Source of the DNA: Candidatus Poseidoniaceae archaeon
Lineage (GTDB): Archaea; Thermoplasmatota; Poseidoniia; Poseidoniales; Poseidoniaceae
NCBI GenBank assembly: GCA_938030705.1
Contig: CALHIR010000005.1
Coordinates: 23,231 to 87,230 of the forward strand
DNA: 64,000 bases
Reading direction: 5' to 3'
Shown one piece after another: positions 36,164 through 45,077 of the stretch; the stretch's first letter is position 1, and the number at the start of each line of letters is the position of its first letter. A program made the translations under genes and the position numbers. The notes below the pieces were generated by a model, which saw only the letters and a program-made list of their open reading frames with translations, did no database searches and was not told the origin of the DNA.

Positions 36164-38905
36164 TCATCGTTTGGCGAATTTATATCCAATGGATTGATTC
36201 TTTTTCAGATAGAGGGTAGCGGCGAACGGGTTGTTTGTTTTCTTTGATACGAAATCATCAAACGGGCCAACAGAACCAGTTTCGATGAGGGTTTTGGCTT
36301 CTTCTCGCGTGATGTCTCGCTTTGAGATGCAACGTTCAATGTGAATTTTGCAATTCGCTGATGAATCTTCGGCCGTGTAGTGGGTTTCCGTTTCAATGAT
36401 GTTGGCCTTTGTTTTGGGACAGACGGCGACGACACCGGGTACGACCGGGAATTTCTTGGCATCAGCGGCGGCGGCTCTTGGAGGGAAGTCAAAGGATACC
36501 CGATTCTTATCGAGCATCAAAAAGGCGTTGAACGGACGATTTTTCCGGGACGTGAAATCCTCCAGGAGGATGGATTTTCCTTCCGTGAAGATGGGTTTGG
36601 CCTCTTCGGGTGTGATGGGCCGTTTACACATCACGTTCTGCATGCCCCGGAATTTGCAGTCGGGGTTGTCACAATTGTAAGCCGCAGTCGTGATTCGGAT
36701 AGAGCCGTGTTCGCAAACGGGACAAGCGCAGAGAATTTCGTCGTCTTCGTTCACTCCACCGCCAGCGGCCCCTTTGCTTGCGACCTTTCCATCCTTGGCC
36801 AGAACAACCGATGTCTCGTAGCCTTCACCTGCTTGGGAAAAGAAGCCATGAAGATCTTCAAGTTCACCATGCGTCAGCAGCCGAGAGGCTGTTATGCGAT
36901 CAAACCATCGACCAGAGGTATCTTTCCAGAAAACGAAAGCACATCCTTTGTCCCGCCCTTCGTTGTGTTCACATTGGTAAGCCAGGGTGTTCTCCTTCAC
37001 TCCACCACCACATGCTGGACATGGGCCGATGCTCTCTTCCTCCAAATACAACGTGTTTCTGTCGTGGTCTCGGATTCGTTCAACCATGGACTGCGTCTGT
37101 TGGATGATTTTACTCATGTACGTCTCCATTGGTTCATCGCCACGCTGAACAGCGAGAAGGGATGATTCCATGTCCCCGGTCAACTCGGGTGATGTGATCC
37201 ATTCGACGGGGATTCTTCGGAGGACATCGATCATGCGAATGCCGTGGGCCGACGCACTGATGGTGCCGTTTCTCGAGCGACGAATATAATTCCGCCCGAG
37301 CAGTTTTTCGATGGTATCTGCCCGTGTCGCAGGTGTTCCAAGACCTTTTTCCTTCATGGCTTCGGCCAGTTCTTCATCATCGATGTTCTTCCCTGCGTGT
37401 TCCATCAATTGCAATAGACTCGCTTCCTTGAGCCGGTTTTTCGGTTTGCTTTTTTCCTCGGAAAACTCGTGTTCGGTAAGGGTGGAATCACATGGGTTGG
37501 ACGGTAGTTTCCCCCATCCATCTGGGACCTTGTCCTTCTTGGGCATAACTGCTCGCCAACCAGGGGTGGCGAGTTGCTCAACTTCCTTGAGGAACTGATG
37601 GCCACTTTTTGTGGCGATTCGCTTGGTGACGGTCCATTCAGCTATGGGGTGCCACGAGGCAAGGAAATTCCGAACGATAAGGTCGTAGAGTTTCGCATGG
37701 TCGCCTCCAAAGTTTCCTGGAGGCGTTTGCCCGGTTGGCACGATGGCGTAGTGGTCAGAAACTTTGGAACTGTTGAAATTCCGCTTCGCATTGGCCAATC
37801 CATCCTTTTGCAAACGCTTGACATGCTCGTCGTAATCGGATTGATGACCGAGATTGTCGAGGGTTTTCGCCACGGTTTCATGCATGTCCTCTGGTAGGTA
37901 CTTTGAGTCGGTTCGTGGGTAGGTGGTGAGTTTGAATTTATCATAGAGGTCCTGTGCAACTCCCAACGTTCGCTTTGCAGACCATGACCACAAACTGTTG
38001 GCTCGCTTTTGGAGGGTTGTCAGGTCAAAGTTGAGCGGAGGTTGTTCTTTTTTGGTTCGCACCTTTTCCTCTGTTGAGAATCCACCTTTGGCGGCCAAAA
38101 CCGCCTCAATGGCTTCTTTTTCGACCGATTCGATGATGCGATGGGCTTTGTATTCCGGTCGGTCGGGGTCATCCTTGTGATTGGCCCGTTCCCAACGAGC
38201 GGTCCAGGTCGCGTCCCCTGCCGAAAAGGTGGCGTTGAGCTGCCAGTAAGGGACCGGAACGTGAGACAACACCTCGAGTTCATGGTCAACGACCAAAGCA
38301 AGTGTGGCGGTTTGAACCCTTCCAAGGGAATTTGCTGAGCGGTCCCTGTTTTGTGGTAGGCGTGTAGCCACCCTTGAGCCGTTCATTCCGATGATCCAAT
38401 CAGCTTGGGAGCGCGAGTAAGCCGCATCACTAAGCGCTTGATAGGTATCACCTGATTGGCGTTGTTCGAAGGCCTGGAGCATGGCATCATATGTCATGGA
38501 CTGCATCCACATACGGGATGTTGGCGTTTTCACTTTGGAGTATTGAAGGATGGTACGGAAAATAAGCTCACCTTCACGTGCAGCGTCGCAAGCGTTGACA
38601 ATTTCGGTGACGGATTTGTCCTTGACGAGTTTCATAATGGCTGAAAGTTGCTTCTTTGCACGACCGCCTTTGGGCTTGTATTGAAATGATTCAGGGATGA
38701 ATGGGAGGCGGTCAATGGTTTTCCTCCAATTTTTGAATTCCTCGTCATAGTCGTCCATGTACTTCAATTCAAGGAGATGGCCAATGGCCCAAGTGATGAT
38801 GATGTCATCACTGTGCCAGTGTGTTTCGTTTTTTTTCCCGACACCAAGGACGTTCGCAAGATCCTCGGCAACACTGGGTTTCTCAGCAATGATGACGATG
38901 GACAT
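36164..38905 (-). CDS. Type IA DNA topoisomerase (topoisomerase III-like) with Zn-ribbons and topoisomerase C-terminal repeats
   Basis: Toprim start MSIVIIAEKPSVAEDLA and WAIGHLLEL. Active-site region TYPRTDSKYLP. Cys4 ribbons (CPACGG...C...C, CPVCEHG...CDNPDC). Two repeats of the type G..(L/P)..DF.S(R/K)K...F.A.L.L.KN. Start at the ATG at 38905; the track ORF extends to 38974. Confidence 0.85.
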   Translation of the reverse strand: MSIVIIAEKPSVAEDLANVLGVGKKNETHWHSDDIIITWAIGHLLELKYMDDYDEEFKNWRKTIDRLPFIPESFQYKPKGGRAKKQLSAIMKLVKDKSVTEIVNACDAAREGELIFRTILQYSKVKTPTSRMWMQSMTYDAMLQAFEQRQSGDTYQALSDAAYSRSQADWIIGMNGSRVATRLPQNRDRSANSLGRVQTATLALVVDHELEVLSHVPVPYWQLNATFSAGDATWTARWERANHKDDPDRPEYKAHRIIESVEKEAIEAVLAAKGGFSTEEKVRTKKEQPPLNFDLTTLQKRANSLWSWSAKRTLGVAQDLYDKFKLTTYPRTDSKYLPEDMHETVAKTLDNLGHQSDYDEHVKRLQKDGLANAKRNFNSSKVSDHYAIVPTGQTPPGNFGGDHAKLYDLIVRNFLASWHPIAEWTVTKRIATKSGHQFLKEVEQLATPGWRAVMPKKDKVPDGWGKLPSNPCDSTLTEHEFSEEKSKPKNRLKEASLLQLMEHAGKNIDDEELAEAMKEKGLGTPATRADTIEKLLGRNYIRRSRNGTISASAHGIRMIDVLRRIPVEWITSPELTGDMESSLLAVQRGDEPMETYMSKIIQQTQSMVERIRDHDRNTLYLEEESIGPCPACGGGVKENTLAYQCEHNEGRDKGCAFVFWKDTSGRWFDRITASRLLTHGELEDLHGFFSQAGEGYETSVVLAKDGKVASKGAAGGGVNEDDEILCACPVCEHGSIRITTAAYNCDNPDCKFRGMQNVMCKRPITPEEAKPIFTEGKSILLEDFTSRKNRPFNAFLMLDKNRVSFDFPPRAAAADAKKFPVVPGVVAVCPKTKANIIETETHYTAEDSSANCKIHIERCISKRDITREEAKTLIETGSVGPFDDFVSKKTNNPFAATLYLKKNQSIGYKFAKR

Positions 38906-38987
38906 ATGATGAAAGCGCAACGACGACGCTACTTGAACCCTCCTTTGTTCCTTGGATGTCTCATACACATGCATGAAATGTCACATT

Positions 38988-39425
38988 TCATGGCGTAAAT
39001 TTTTGCTCTTCATCCATGTTTTTCCGACTGGATGGTTCATCCCATTCGCCTTCTGTATGAGGGCCGCCACAACCCAAACAACCAGGATAACCAGCATTGA
39101 GCAGATCGTTTGTGACGGTTGAGATGGCAGCCCAACCGCTTTCAGCATCCATGGGGAGCCACACGACCTCCAGGGGGGGTTCTTCTTCTGAACACTGAGC
39201 CAGTGTCTGCTTCTTTTCTTGCAAGCAAAGAAAAATCTTGTTTCCCTCACCAGGGTCAAATTTGGAAAAACGGGTTCTGGATGGTTGAACATCCCCAAGG
39301 CGCACGTTCAGTTGATGAATCAGCGGTTCTAACCAAGAGGGACCTTGAATCATCAGGCCTTCGGTTCGCAATAAGGTCCGTGCAAGTTCTCGAACCGCAG
39401 GCCAGCGAGGGTCCGTGATTCGCAT
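38988..39425 (-). CDS. Hypothetical protein
   Basis: ORF upstream of the topoisomerase on the same strand. It contains GYPGCLGCGGPH. Start chosen at the ATG at 39425, because the longest ORF would overlap the pyrD start codon. No family recognised. Confidence 0.35.
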   Translation of the reverse strand: MRITDPRWPAVRELARTLLRTEGLMIQGPSWLEPLIHQLNVRLGDVQPSRTRFSKFDPGEGNKIFLCLQEKKQTLAQCSEEEPPLEVVWLPMDAESGWAAISTVTNDLLNAGYPGCLGCGGPHTEGEWDEPSSRKNMDEEQKFTP

Positions 39426-39480
39426 GATTTCTTCCAGACGGGGGCAAGTCTTGAAGGATGGCTTGTGAAACCATGCCACC

Positions 39481-40602
39481 ATGGGCGCAGGTTATCGGTG
39501 GTTTGGGCGCCCACTCCTCCGGTTTCAAGATTCTGAGAAAGCCCACGGGCGCTCGCTTTCACTGCTTCGTTTTTTTTCATCAAACCCGTTATCTCGTGGA
39601 ATGTTAAAACTCCTCTACAAACCAAGGCAGACCCTTCCAGTCAGTCTTTTTGGCCATACCTATGCGCATCCTTTTGGTTTGGCAGCAGGAATGGACAAGA
39701 ATGCCAAAGCTCTTCTCGGATGGGAAGCAACAGGATTGGCCTTCATCGAGATTGGCGGCGTGACCATGCTGGAACAATCCGGAAACCCAAAACCTCGGAT
39801 GTTTCGGGCTCCGAAAGCGCAAGCCCTCGTCAATCGGATGGGGTTTAACAACAACGGCAGCGAAAAAATTCGTCAGGCATTGGAACACCACTTTGAACGC
39901 CACGGTCGACCCAAGGTCCCGCTTTGGGTAAACCTCGGTAAATCAAAAACCACGCCTCTAGAGGAGGCCCCTTTGGATTACGCCACCACCATGGAACGAT
40001 TGTGGTTTTACGGTGATGTGTTTGTCATCAACGTTTCATCGCCCAATACCCCTAACCTGCGTGAACTTCAGGGCGATGAGGGTCTGAAAAGCATCCTCAG
40101 TGCCTGCCATGCGGTCAACGAACGCTGTTCTGATCAGTTCAACTCGGAGAAAAAACCCGTTTTGGTGAAGGTCGCTCCCGACATGACGCCTGAACAGTTG
40201 ATCCATATTGCAACGACGGCCAAATCCAACGGTGCTGATGGCATCGTTGTCTCAAACACGACGGTTGAGCGTCCAGATCACGCACATGCTCGGGACAAGG
40301 CGGTCTTTTCCCAACAGGGCGGCATGAGTGGACAACCACTGAAGGAACGCTCAACGATGATGATTCGGACGGTCCGCCAAGCGACCGGTGATGATTGGCC
40401 TATCATCGGCGTTGGCGGGATTGCTTCCTCAGATGATGCATGGGAGAAAATCGCTGCAGGCGCAACCCTTGTTCAGGCTTACAGCGGTTTTGTCTTTGAA
40501 GGACCTGCGTTGACCAAAACCATCGTGAACGGTCTTTCCAAGCGCCTGAAATCCTCTCAACACACCACCATAACGGATGTCATCGGTACCTCAACAGACT
40601 GA
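39481..40602 (+). CDS. pyrD: Dihydroorotate dehydrogenase (quinone), class 2
   Basis: N-terminal quinone-site helices (LLRFQDSEKAHGRSL), GLAAGMDKN, IEIGGVT, NRMGFNNNG, NVSSPNTPNLR and GVGGI. Confidence 0.9.
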   Translation: MGAGYRWFGRPLLRFQDSEKAHGRSLSLLRFFSSNPLSRGMLKLLYKPRQTLPVSLFGHTYAHPFGLAAGMDKNAKALLGWEATGLAFIEIGGVTMLEQSGNPKPRMFRAPKAQALVNRMGFNNNGSEKIRQALEHHFERHGRPKVPLWVNLGKSKTTPLEEAPLDYATTMERLWFYGDVFVINVSSPNTPNLRELQGDEGLKSILSACHAVNERCSDQFNSEKKPVLVKVAPDMTPEQLIHIATTAKSNGADGIVVSNTTVERPDHAHARDKAVFSQQGGMSGQPLKERSTMMIRTVRQATGDDWPIIGVGGIASSDDAWEKIAAGATLVQAYSGFVFEGPALTKTIVNGLSKRLKSSQHTTITDVIGTSTD

Positions 40603-40632
40603 AAGAGGATTGTTAAGGGTGCGAAGGTTGGA

Positions 40633-41034
40633 ATGAGCATGTGGGCAAGACGGACGAGGGTTCTCGTCATCGGGGCTGTCTTGACCATCGGTCTTTTGGC
40701 CACGGTTTTACTTCAATCCCCTGCGCCAACGCAAACGGTGGATGAATTGATGAGTTCACCTTCGGAGCATATCAATCAGGATGTTGCGGTTCGTGGGGAG
40801 GTCAAGGATGGAACCATCGACAATAGCACCATGACGTTTGTCTTGGAAGGGGCGTCCTCTACGTTGACGGTTCGATTCACAGATGCCATGGTTTCAAACG
40901 GTTTGGACGATAACAGAACGGTCTATGCAGAAGGCATCCTGCTTTACGAAGACGGGGCCTATGTCTTCGAAGCCAATGTCATCAAGACTTCGTGCCCATC
41001 CAAGTACGAGGAAGCCGCAGAAGATGGGGATTGA
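40633..41034 (+). CDS. ccmE: CcmE-like heme chaperone, variant CxxxY type
   Basis: N-terminal TM anchor and an OB-fold-like body (DVAVRGEVKDGTI...TMTFVLEG...VRFTD...VYAEGILL...VFEANVIKTSCPSKYEE). This is collinear with E. coli CcmE, and C-P-S-K-Y sits where HxxxY lies. Confidence 0.65.
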   Translation: MSMWARRTRVLVIGAVLTIGLLATVLLQSPAPTQTVDELMSSPSEHINQDVAVRGEVKDGTIDNSTMTFVLEGASSTLTVRFTDAMVSNGLDDNRTVYAEGILLYEDGAYVFEANVIKTSCPSKYEEAAEDGD

Positions 41035-41048
41035 CTCACTGCGTTGGC

Positions 41049-41058
41049 TTCATATAGG
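41049..41058 (+). promoter_or_regulatory. Putative TATA box for the SRP RNA gene
   Basis: TTCATATAGG lies ~25-30 nt upstream of the first nucleotides of the predicted closing helix of the SRP RNA. A similar GATATAGG lies upstream of rps19e. Confidence 0.35.
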
Positions 41059-41080
41059 CTAAGCGTCGGCCATCTGCTGG

Positions 41081-41383
41081 GATAGGTGGGGAGCTCGGCG
41101 TACCCTGTATCACAAATCGTCGTTATGGTGGACCGAACGCCTTGGGGCGGCGAAAGCGGTCACATGGTTCCCGTAGGCGGACGTTGATGTCTCGCCCCCA
41201 CATGACTCGGGTGTCATGAACTGTCTCCGGAAGGAAACGGGAATTGGATAACCGGGGGACTAGGTCAGGCCGGGAACGGAGCAGCCCTACCTGGGGCCAT
41301 GGGTGCTGTGGGGATCCGGGATGGAGGAAGCCTGCGGACTTGGCTGTGCGAAGCGCACGTCCACCCTTGGCTCTCCCACCTCA
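41081..41383 (+). ncRNA. Signal recognition particle RNA (archaeal 7S RNA, ~300 nt; ends +/-10 nt)
   Basis: Helix-8 signature AGGTCAGGCCGGGAACGGAGCAGCC (compare bacterial GGUCAGGUCCGGAAGGAAGCAGCC). 5' GGTGGGGAGC (41085-41094) pairs with 3' GCTCTCCCACC (41370-41380). The region is GC-rich with no credible ORF, and its length fits an archaeal SRP RNA. Confidence 0.85.
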
Positions 41384-41875
41384 AATATCAAAAACGACGT
41401 CTGCGTACCAGCCAGGACCTTCAAACGTCGGGACATCCTCCCACTTACTGGGTACATTTTCTCCCGGGGCTACCTCGGAAACCACCAATTGATGCGTCGT
41501 GACGGCTTTGATTTCGATTTCACGCTCAATGTCCTCGGCCTCTACCCATGTTACATGCGCAACGGCGACCATCCCTTCCTTATCGGATTCGATTCTCACC
41601 ATGGCCTCAACATACCATTGGTTTTTGACCTCTGCTCGGTAAAGGATTTCATCCAACCAAGCGAGGTAAAGGAAGAGTTCGTCGTTTGGGTCATGTTCTG
41701 AACGAACGCGCCATTCACCGGTTCGTCGTACATGGCTGTTGATGTTGCGAGCGCTTTCCTCACTCATCAGGTACATCTGTACCCCGTGGGCTGCTTCCGT
41801 TAGCAACGAGGGGAAATCCTTGGCAAATACACGCATGCCGATATCGGCTGTCGTGGGCCATAACCAAGCACTCAT
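41381..41875 (-). CDS. Archease
   Basis: TTADIGMRVFA (the HTADIG motif position), IKAVTTHQL (KAVTYH motif) and the C-terminal WYADVVFDI. Confidence 0.8.
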   Translation of the reverse strand: MSAWLWPTTADIGMRVFAKDFPSLLTEAAHGVQMYLMSEESARNINSHVRRTGEWRVRSEHDPNDELFLYLAWLDEILYRAEVKNQWYVEAMVRIESDKEGMVAVAHVTWVEAEDIEREIEIKAVTTHQLVVSEVAPGENVPSKWEDVPTFEGPGWYADVVFDI

Positions 41876-41884
41876 GGGTTCACC

Positions 41885-42946
41885 TTAGCGCTTTGAAACT
41901 TGCAGGTTCCAAACATGTTCGCCAACACGATGAATCAAATCATCTCGGCTCAACACAAAGGAATCGGTGCGTTCTGCTGCGAGGATGCATTCGCATGCGG
42001 CGTTGGCCAGGAGGGCAGTGGCGTGCACGTCAAGGTTTCTTGAAAGAGAGAACGCAATGGCGACGGCCGCTGCATCGATGAGCCCGATCATTTGCCTCAA
42101 ATCAACCAAGCCGCAAGGTGCATGTACTGTTTCCTCATCGGCTGAATAGATGGTGACGCCGGCTTCTCCACAAAGAACAACCAGATGATTCCAGTTGTAC
42201 TGGACGAGGAGTTTCTCGGCCGCCTCTGCTCCGGTGGTGGCTCCCAATCGCCGCCGCATCAGTTCAAGGCCTTGGGATTGGAAAAGAATCCAATCCACGC
42301 CTTCGGTTCGGTGCAATCCGGTTAATTTTGGGTCAGCGATAACAGGGATGCCTTGCTTCTTTGCCGCAGTAAATAGGCGCTCAGAACCCTTGTCGGTAAT
42401 GACCCCTTGACCGTAGTCAGATGCGATAAGAGCTGATGCGCCAGTCAAATCAGCGATTGCCTGTTCATACAAACCCTCCGATGCGTCCGAGGGGACCGGG
42501 TCATCTTCCTCGATATCCCAACGAAGCAAAAGTTGTTCATCCCTGATGAGGCTTTCACGAGAGGCGAGCATTCGTGTTTTCACCGTGGTGGTACGGTCCT
42601 CAACAATGGCAATGCCGTGGGTGGTGACGCCTTCTGCTTCCAGTGATTCAATGATGCTCAAACCGGCGACATCATCGCCCACCACGCCAAAGAGATGGCT
42701 GTCGAGTCCCATTGACCGAAGGCCTCTCGCAACGTGGGCTGCTGCGCCCACATCTTCTTCCCTCGAGGTTTCTCTTAGAACAGGAACAGGTGCTCTTGAA
42801 TTTAGGTTATTAGCGTAGCCGTGGATGTAGCAATCCATCATAACGTCGCCAATCAATACAATCTTCGACGATTCGTTGGAACGCAAATGTCGCTTCAGTT
42901 CAGACAATGTATCATGCAACGTCGCTTCTTCATCGGTCATTCCCAT
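41885..42946 (-). CDS. PfkB/ribokinase-family sugar kinase (RfaE/HldE domain I-like)
   Basis: GDVMMDCYIHG...RAPVPV...GAAAHVARGL..LG resembles the HldE kinase N-terminus. The C-terminal DLIGLIDAA segment is in the position of the anion-hole/catalytic Asp motif. Confidence 0.7.
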   Translation of the reverse strand: MGMTDEEATLHDTLSELKRHLRSNESSKIVLIGDVMMDCYIHGYANNLNSRAPVPVLRETSREEDVGAAAHVARGLRSMGLDSHLFGVVGDDVAGLSIIESLEAEGVTTHGIAIVEDRTTTVKTRMLASRESLIRDEQLLLRWDIEEDDPVPSDASEGLYEQAIADLTGASALIASDYGQGVITDKGSERLFTAAKKQGIPVIADPKLTGLHRTEGVDWILFQSQGLELMRRRLGATTGAEAAEKLLVQYNWNHLVVLCGEAGVTIYSADEETVHAPCGLVDLRQMIGLIDAAAVAIAFSLSRNLDVHATALLANAACECILAAERTDSFVLSRDDLIHRVGEHVWNLQVSKR

Positions 42947-42950
42947 GCGT

Positions 42951-43970
42951 TCACCTCGATTCTGTATTCTTCAAATCGTTCATGATTTGTTCGTGCTCGG
43001 CTTCTGAAATACCTAAGGTTCCTCGGAGTGTTCGTAGAATTGCATGCTCGTCAGCCGTAATGACTCGGTCCTGCATGGCCGTACGGACGGCTGCTGCATA
43101 GGTGTGGTATTGTTCGGAAAGAACAGGGCTGTTTCTGGCTTTTTCCAGCAATTTATTGTGCGTGAATTGGTCGATGCCAAAATGAACACGGAACGTTTCC
43201 AGCAGGTCGATTTCCTCCTGTACGATTTCCCCGTCGTCCAAAGCTTGGAGGATCATCTCATAATAGACCTCTTCGGGAGGTGGAATTTTAAGCGATTTTC
43301 TCGCTTCAGTTGATAGTCGACGAACACGCTCAGGGTGCATGCCAAGAAATTCAACCACCTCGCTGAGGAGGGATTGTTCGTCCTTTGTGATTTTTCCATC
43401 TTCCCATGCGCGTGCGAACATTCGCCTGACCAATTCTTCGCCGTATTGAGCGTCAATTGACGCCATTCCCTCTGGATTGGATACGGGTGAGACCAGTGCC
43501 ACGGCGTGATAGGTCATGCCCTCGTCGAGGTGGGAGAGAAGTTCCAGCATCGGATGGGGCGAGGTCCACAGGCTTCGGAGCGTCACGGTTTTTTCGTCAT
43601 GCTGAACTTGTTGGTTAAGGATGCGGTCTCGCAAGGCTTCGGCACGCTCATGTCCTGCTTCGGTGAGGGTGTACACGCGTTTTCGTTGTTTCCCCCCCGG
43701 GATGTGCCGTTGCGCCACTGCAAGCAAACCGTTGCCTTCCATTCGTTTGAGCGTCCGAGGAATGTGCTTGCGTTGAATGTGAACGGCAGCAGAGATGCCG
43801 GCTTGGGTCAGTGTGGCCGGTGCTTCCCATCCACCGCTTGGCAGTTGCTGATGGAGAAGATGGAGAAGTGTCCGCTCTTCGGTGGTGAGCGTACCCAAAT
43901 AGCCATCCACCATGGTGCAACCCTTGGGGAGGTAGCACATAGGACAATCGGTTTCAAGCGACGGAATCAA
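42951..43970 (-). CDS. Winged-helix DNA-binding protein with three C-terminal TerB/DjlA-N-like repeats
   Basis: The N-terminal half has wHTH features (…LTQAGISAAVHIQRKHIPRTLKRMEGNGLLAV...KRVYTLTEAG). The C-terminal half has three ~45-aa repeats of D(G)xIxxxExxLL...LGI. The ATG at 43913 is an alternative start. Confidence 0.55.
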   Translation of the reverse strand: MIPSLETDCPMCYLPKGCTMVDGYLGTLTTEERTLLHLLHQQLPSGGWEAPATLTQAGISAAVHIQRKHIPRTLKRMEGNGLLAVAQRHIPGGKQRKRVYTLTEAGHERAEALRDRILNQQVQHDEKTVTLRSLWTSPHPMLELLSHLDEGMTYHAVALVSPVSNPEGMASIDAQYGEELVRRMFARAWEDGKITKDEQSLLSEVVEFLGMHPERVRRLSTEARKSLKIPPPEEVYYEMILQALDDGEIVQEEIDLLETFRVHFGIDQFTHNKLLEKARNSPVLSEQYHTYAAAVRTAMQDRVITADEHAILRTLRGTLGISEAEHEQIMNDLKNTESR

Positions 43971-43979
43971 AAGCGTGGG

Positions 43980-45077
43980 ATGGGTGGGGAAATCATGGCA
44001 GGTCGGGAGCGAAAATACACGCCTCGGGCTCGTACCACTCGCCCCATCGGTGAGGCACGTACCTCAAACGTACCGCCAGGTCAACCTCTGGACCCGCCGA
44101 GGTTCATGGATGGTTTGTGGTTGATTGAGGAACCACTCGCACACCGGCTGCATGAAAAAAGTGCACTGGGTCAACGGACGAAGGGCGGTATATTGCTCAG
44201 CCCCGAAGAGGTCATGTTTTGCCATTGGTATCGCCATGTCCCACTTCCGGGAGGGTCATCATGGTTTGAGGACCAATTATTGCAGAGCGAAGACCTAGCA
44301 AAACGCACCATTGCGCTAGATGTATTACGGAATGGGGGTGAGCGAGTTGTACCTGTTGTTCATTTGCGCGAGCGTTTTCCAGCCCTTCCTGCCAACACAT
44401 GGGCCATTCGTTGGGAGCGTCATGAACCATGGGCGTCTCATCGAGGCTTCAGTCAGGTTCGATTGCAACGAACTCACGACCCCCTTGACTGGCATGAACT
44501 TCACCGTTGGGTGGACGATGTGAGGGCAAGTGGGCATGTTGCAGAACTGTGCGTTATCGATGAAGAATTTGACACTACGATTTACCATCTGTCCACTGCT
44601 CAACCCAAAGGATCGCATGATTTGAAGGACAATCTCAGCAAAGCGTTGCTGGATGCGTTGGTGGCGTCATGTCGTCAAGCCACGCCGGTTGAGGGCGGAT
44701 TTTTCGTCAATCACGATGGGCCATGGCCCCTTTCATCCATTGGTTTGCCACACTTTTCCGGTCGTTACCTTCGGGGAGAAGAATACAGAGCCCTCATCGG
44801 AGAAGAACATTCAGATGACGCGCTGTACACTGAACTCCTCTCATCAGGTCTGCTTCTCCGACCGGGATTCAAGTACGGCTGTCGCTGGAGGGCCTACGAA
44901 GAGGGCATTGAGGTCGCGCATGCTCCGTGGTTGGTTCAACCCCAACATGATGCACCTCAAAATTGGGAAGAAGTTTGTTTGGCTGTCCGTTTGGCTGAAG
45001 GCGTGAACAAACGATGGATTTGTGCTCTACAAACTGGTAAATCACACTCGTTTCTCAACATCCAACGGTTCGGTTGA
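43980..45077 (+). CDS. endA: tRNA-splicing endonuclease, two-domain (homodimer-type) form
   Basis: The C-terminal unit is GFKYGCRWRAYEEGIEVAHAPWLV...GVNKRW, with Tyr/His/Lys spaced like the catalytic triad. The N-terminal unit is a degenerate repeat. The track ORF (from 43506) overlaps the opposite-strand regulator, so the ATG at 43980 (or 43995) is preferred. Confidence 0.75.
   Translation: MGGEIMAGRERKYTPRARTTRPIGEARTSNVPPGQPLDPPRFMDGLWLIEEPLAHRLHEKSALGQRTKGGILLSPEEVMFCHWYRHVPLPGGSSWFEDQLLQSEDLAKRTIALDVLRNGGERVVPVVHLRERFPALPANTWAIRWERHEPWASHRGFSQVRLQRTHDPLDWHELHRWVDDVRASGHVAELCVIDEEFDTTIYHLSTAQPKGSHDLKDNLSKALLDALVASCRQATPVEGGFFVNHDGPWPLSSIGLPHFSGRYLRGEEYRALIGEEHSDDALYTELLSSGLLLRPGFKYGCRWRAYEEGIEVAHAPWLVQPQHDAPQNWEEVCLAVRLAEGVNKRWICALQTGKSHSFLNIQRFG

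Noticed and set aside
36380-37165. 261-aa plus-strand ORF inside the topoisomerase gene
   Set aside because: It is antisense to a gene with strong Toprim, active-site and Zn-ribbon motifs, so it is a chance open frame.
36164-38905. Topoisomerase III with 'topoisomerase C-terminal repeats', as often seen on conjugative/integrative elements; considered as a marker of a mobile island
   Set aside because: No integrase, relaxase, VirB4/VirD4-like ATPase, tRNA target or flanking direct repeats are visible. The neighbours are core metabolism genes (pyrD, geranylgeranyl reductase).
41244-41701. Plus-strand ORFs of 67-132 aa overlapping the SRP RNA and archease
   Set aside because: They run through the SRP RNA helix-8 signature and then antisense to archease. 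The RNA and archease calls explain the sequence better.
43506-43979. The 5' 158 codons of the 523-aa track ORF that contains endA
   Set aside because: This part lies entirely antisense to the well-supported wHTH/TerB-like gene and has no endonuclease similarity. An ATG at 43980 gives a normal two-domain EndA, so the extension is treated as a chance open frame.
45042-45077. Convergent 3' overlaps (endA/protease 36 nt, SUMF1-like/PqqD-like 37 nt, polB/RecA-like 26 nt, radical SAM/PNGase-like 11 nt, mdh/ygfZ 7 nt), considered as signs of frameshifts or pseudogenes
   Set aside because: All partners retain full-length, motif-complete products up to their stops. This is most simply a feature of a streamlined, compact genome.
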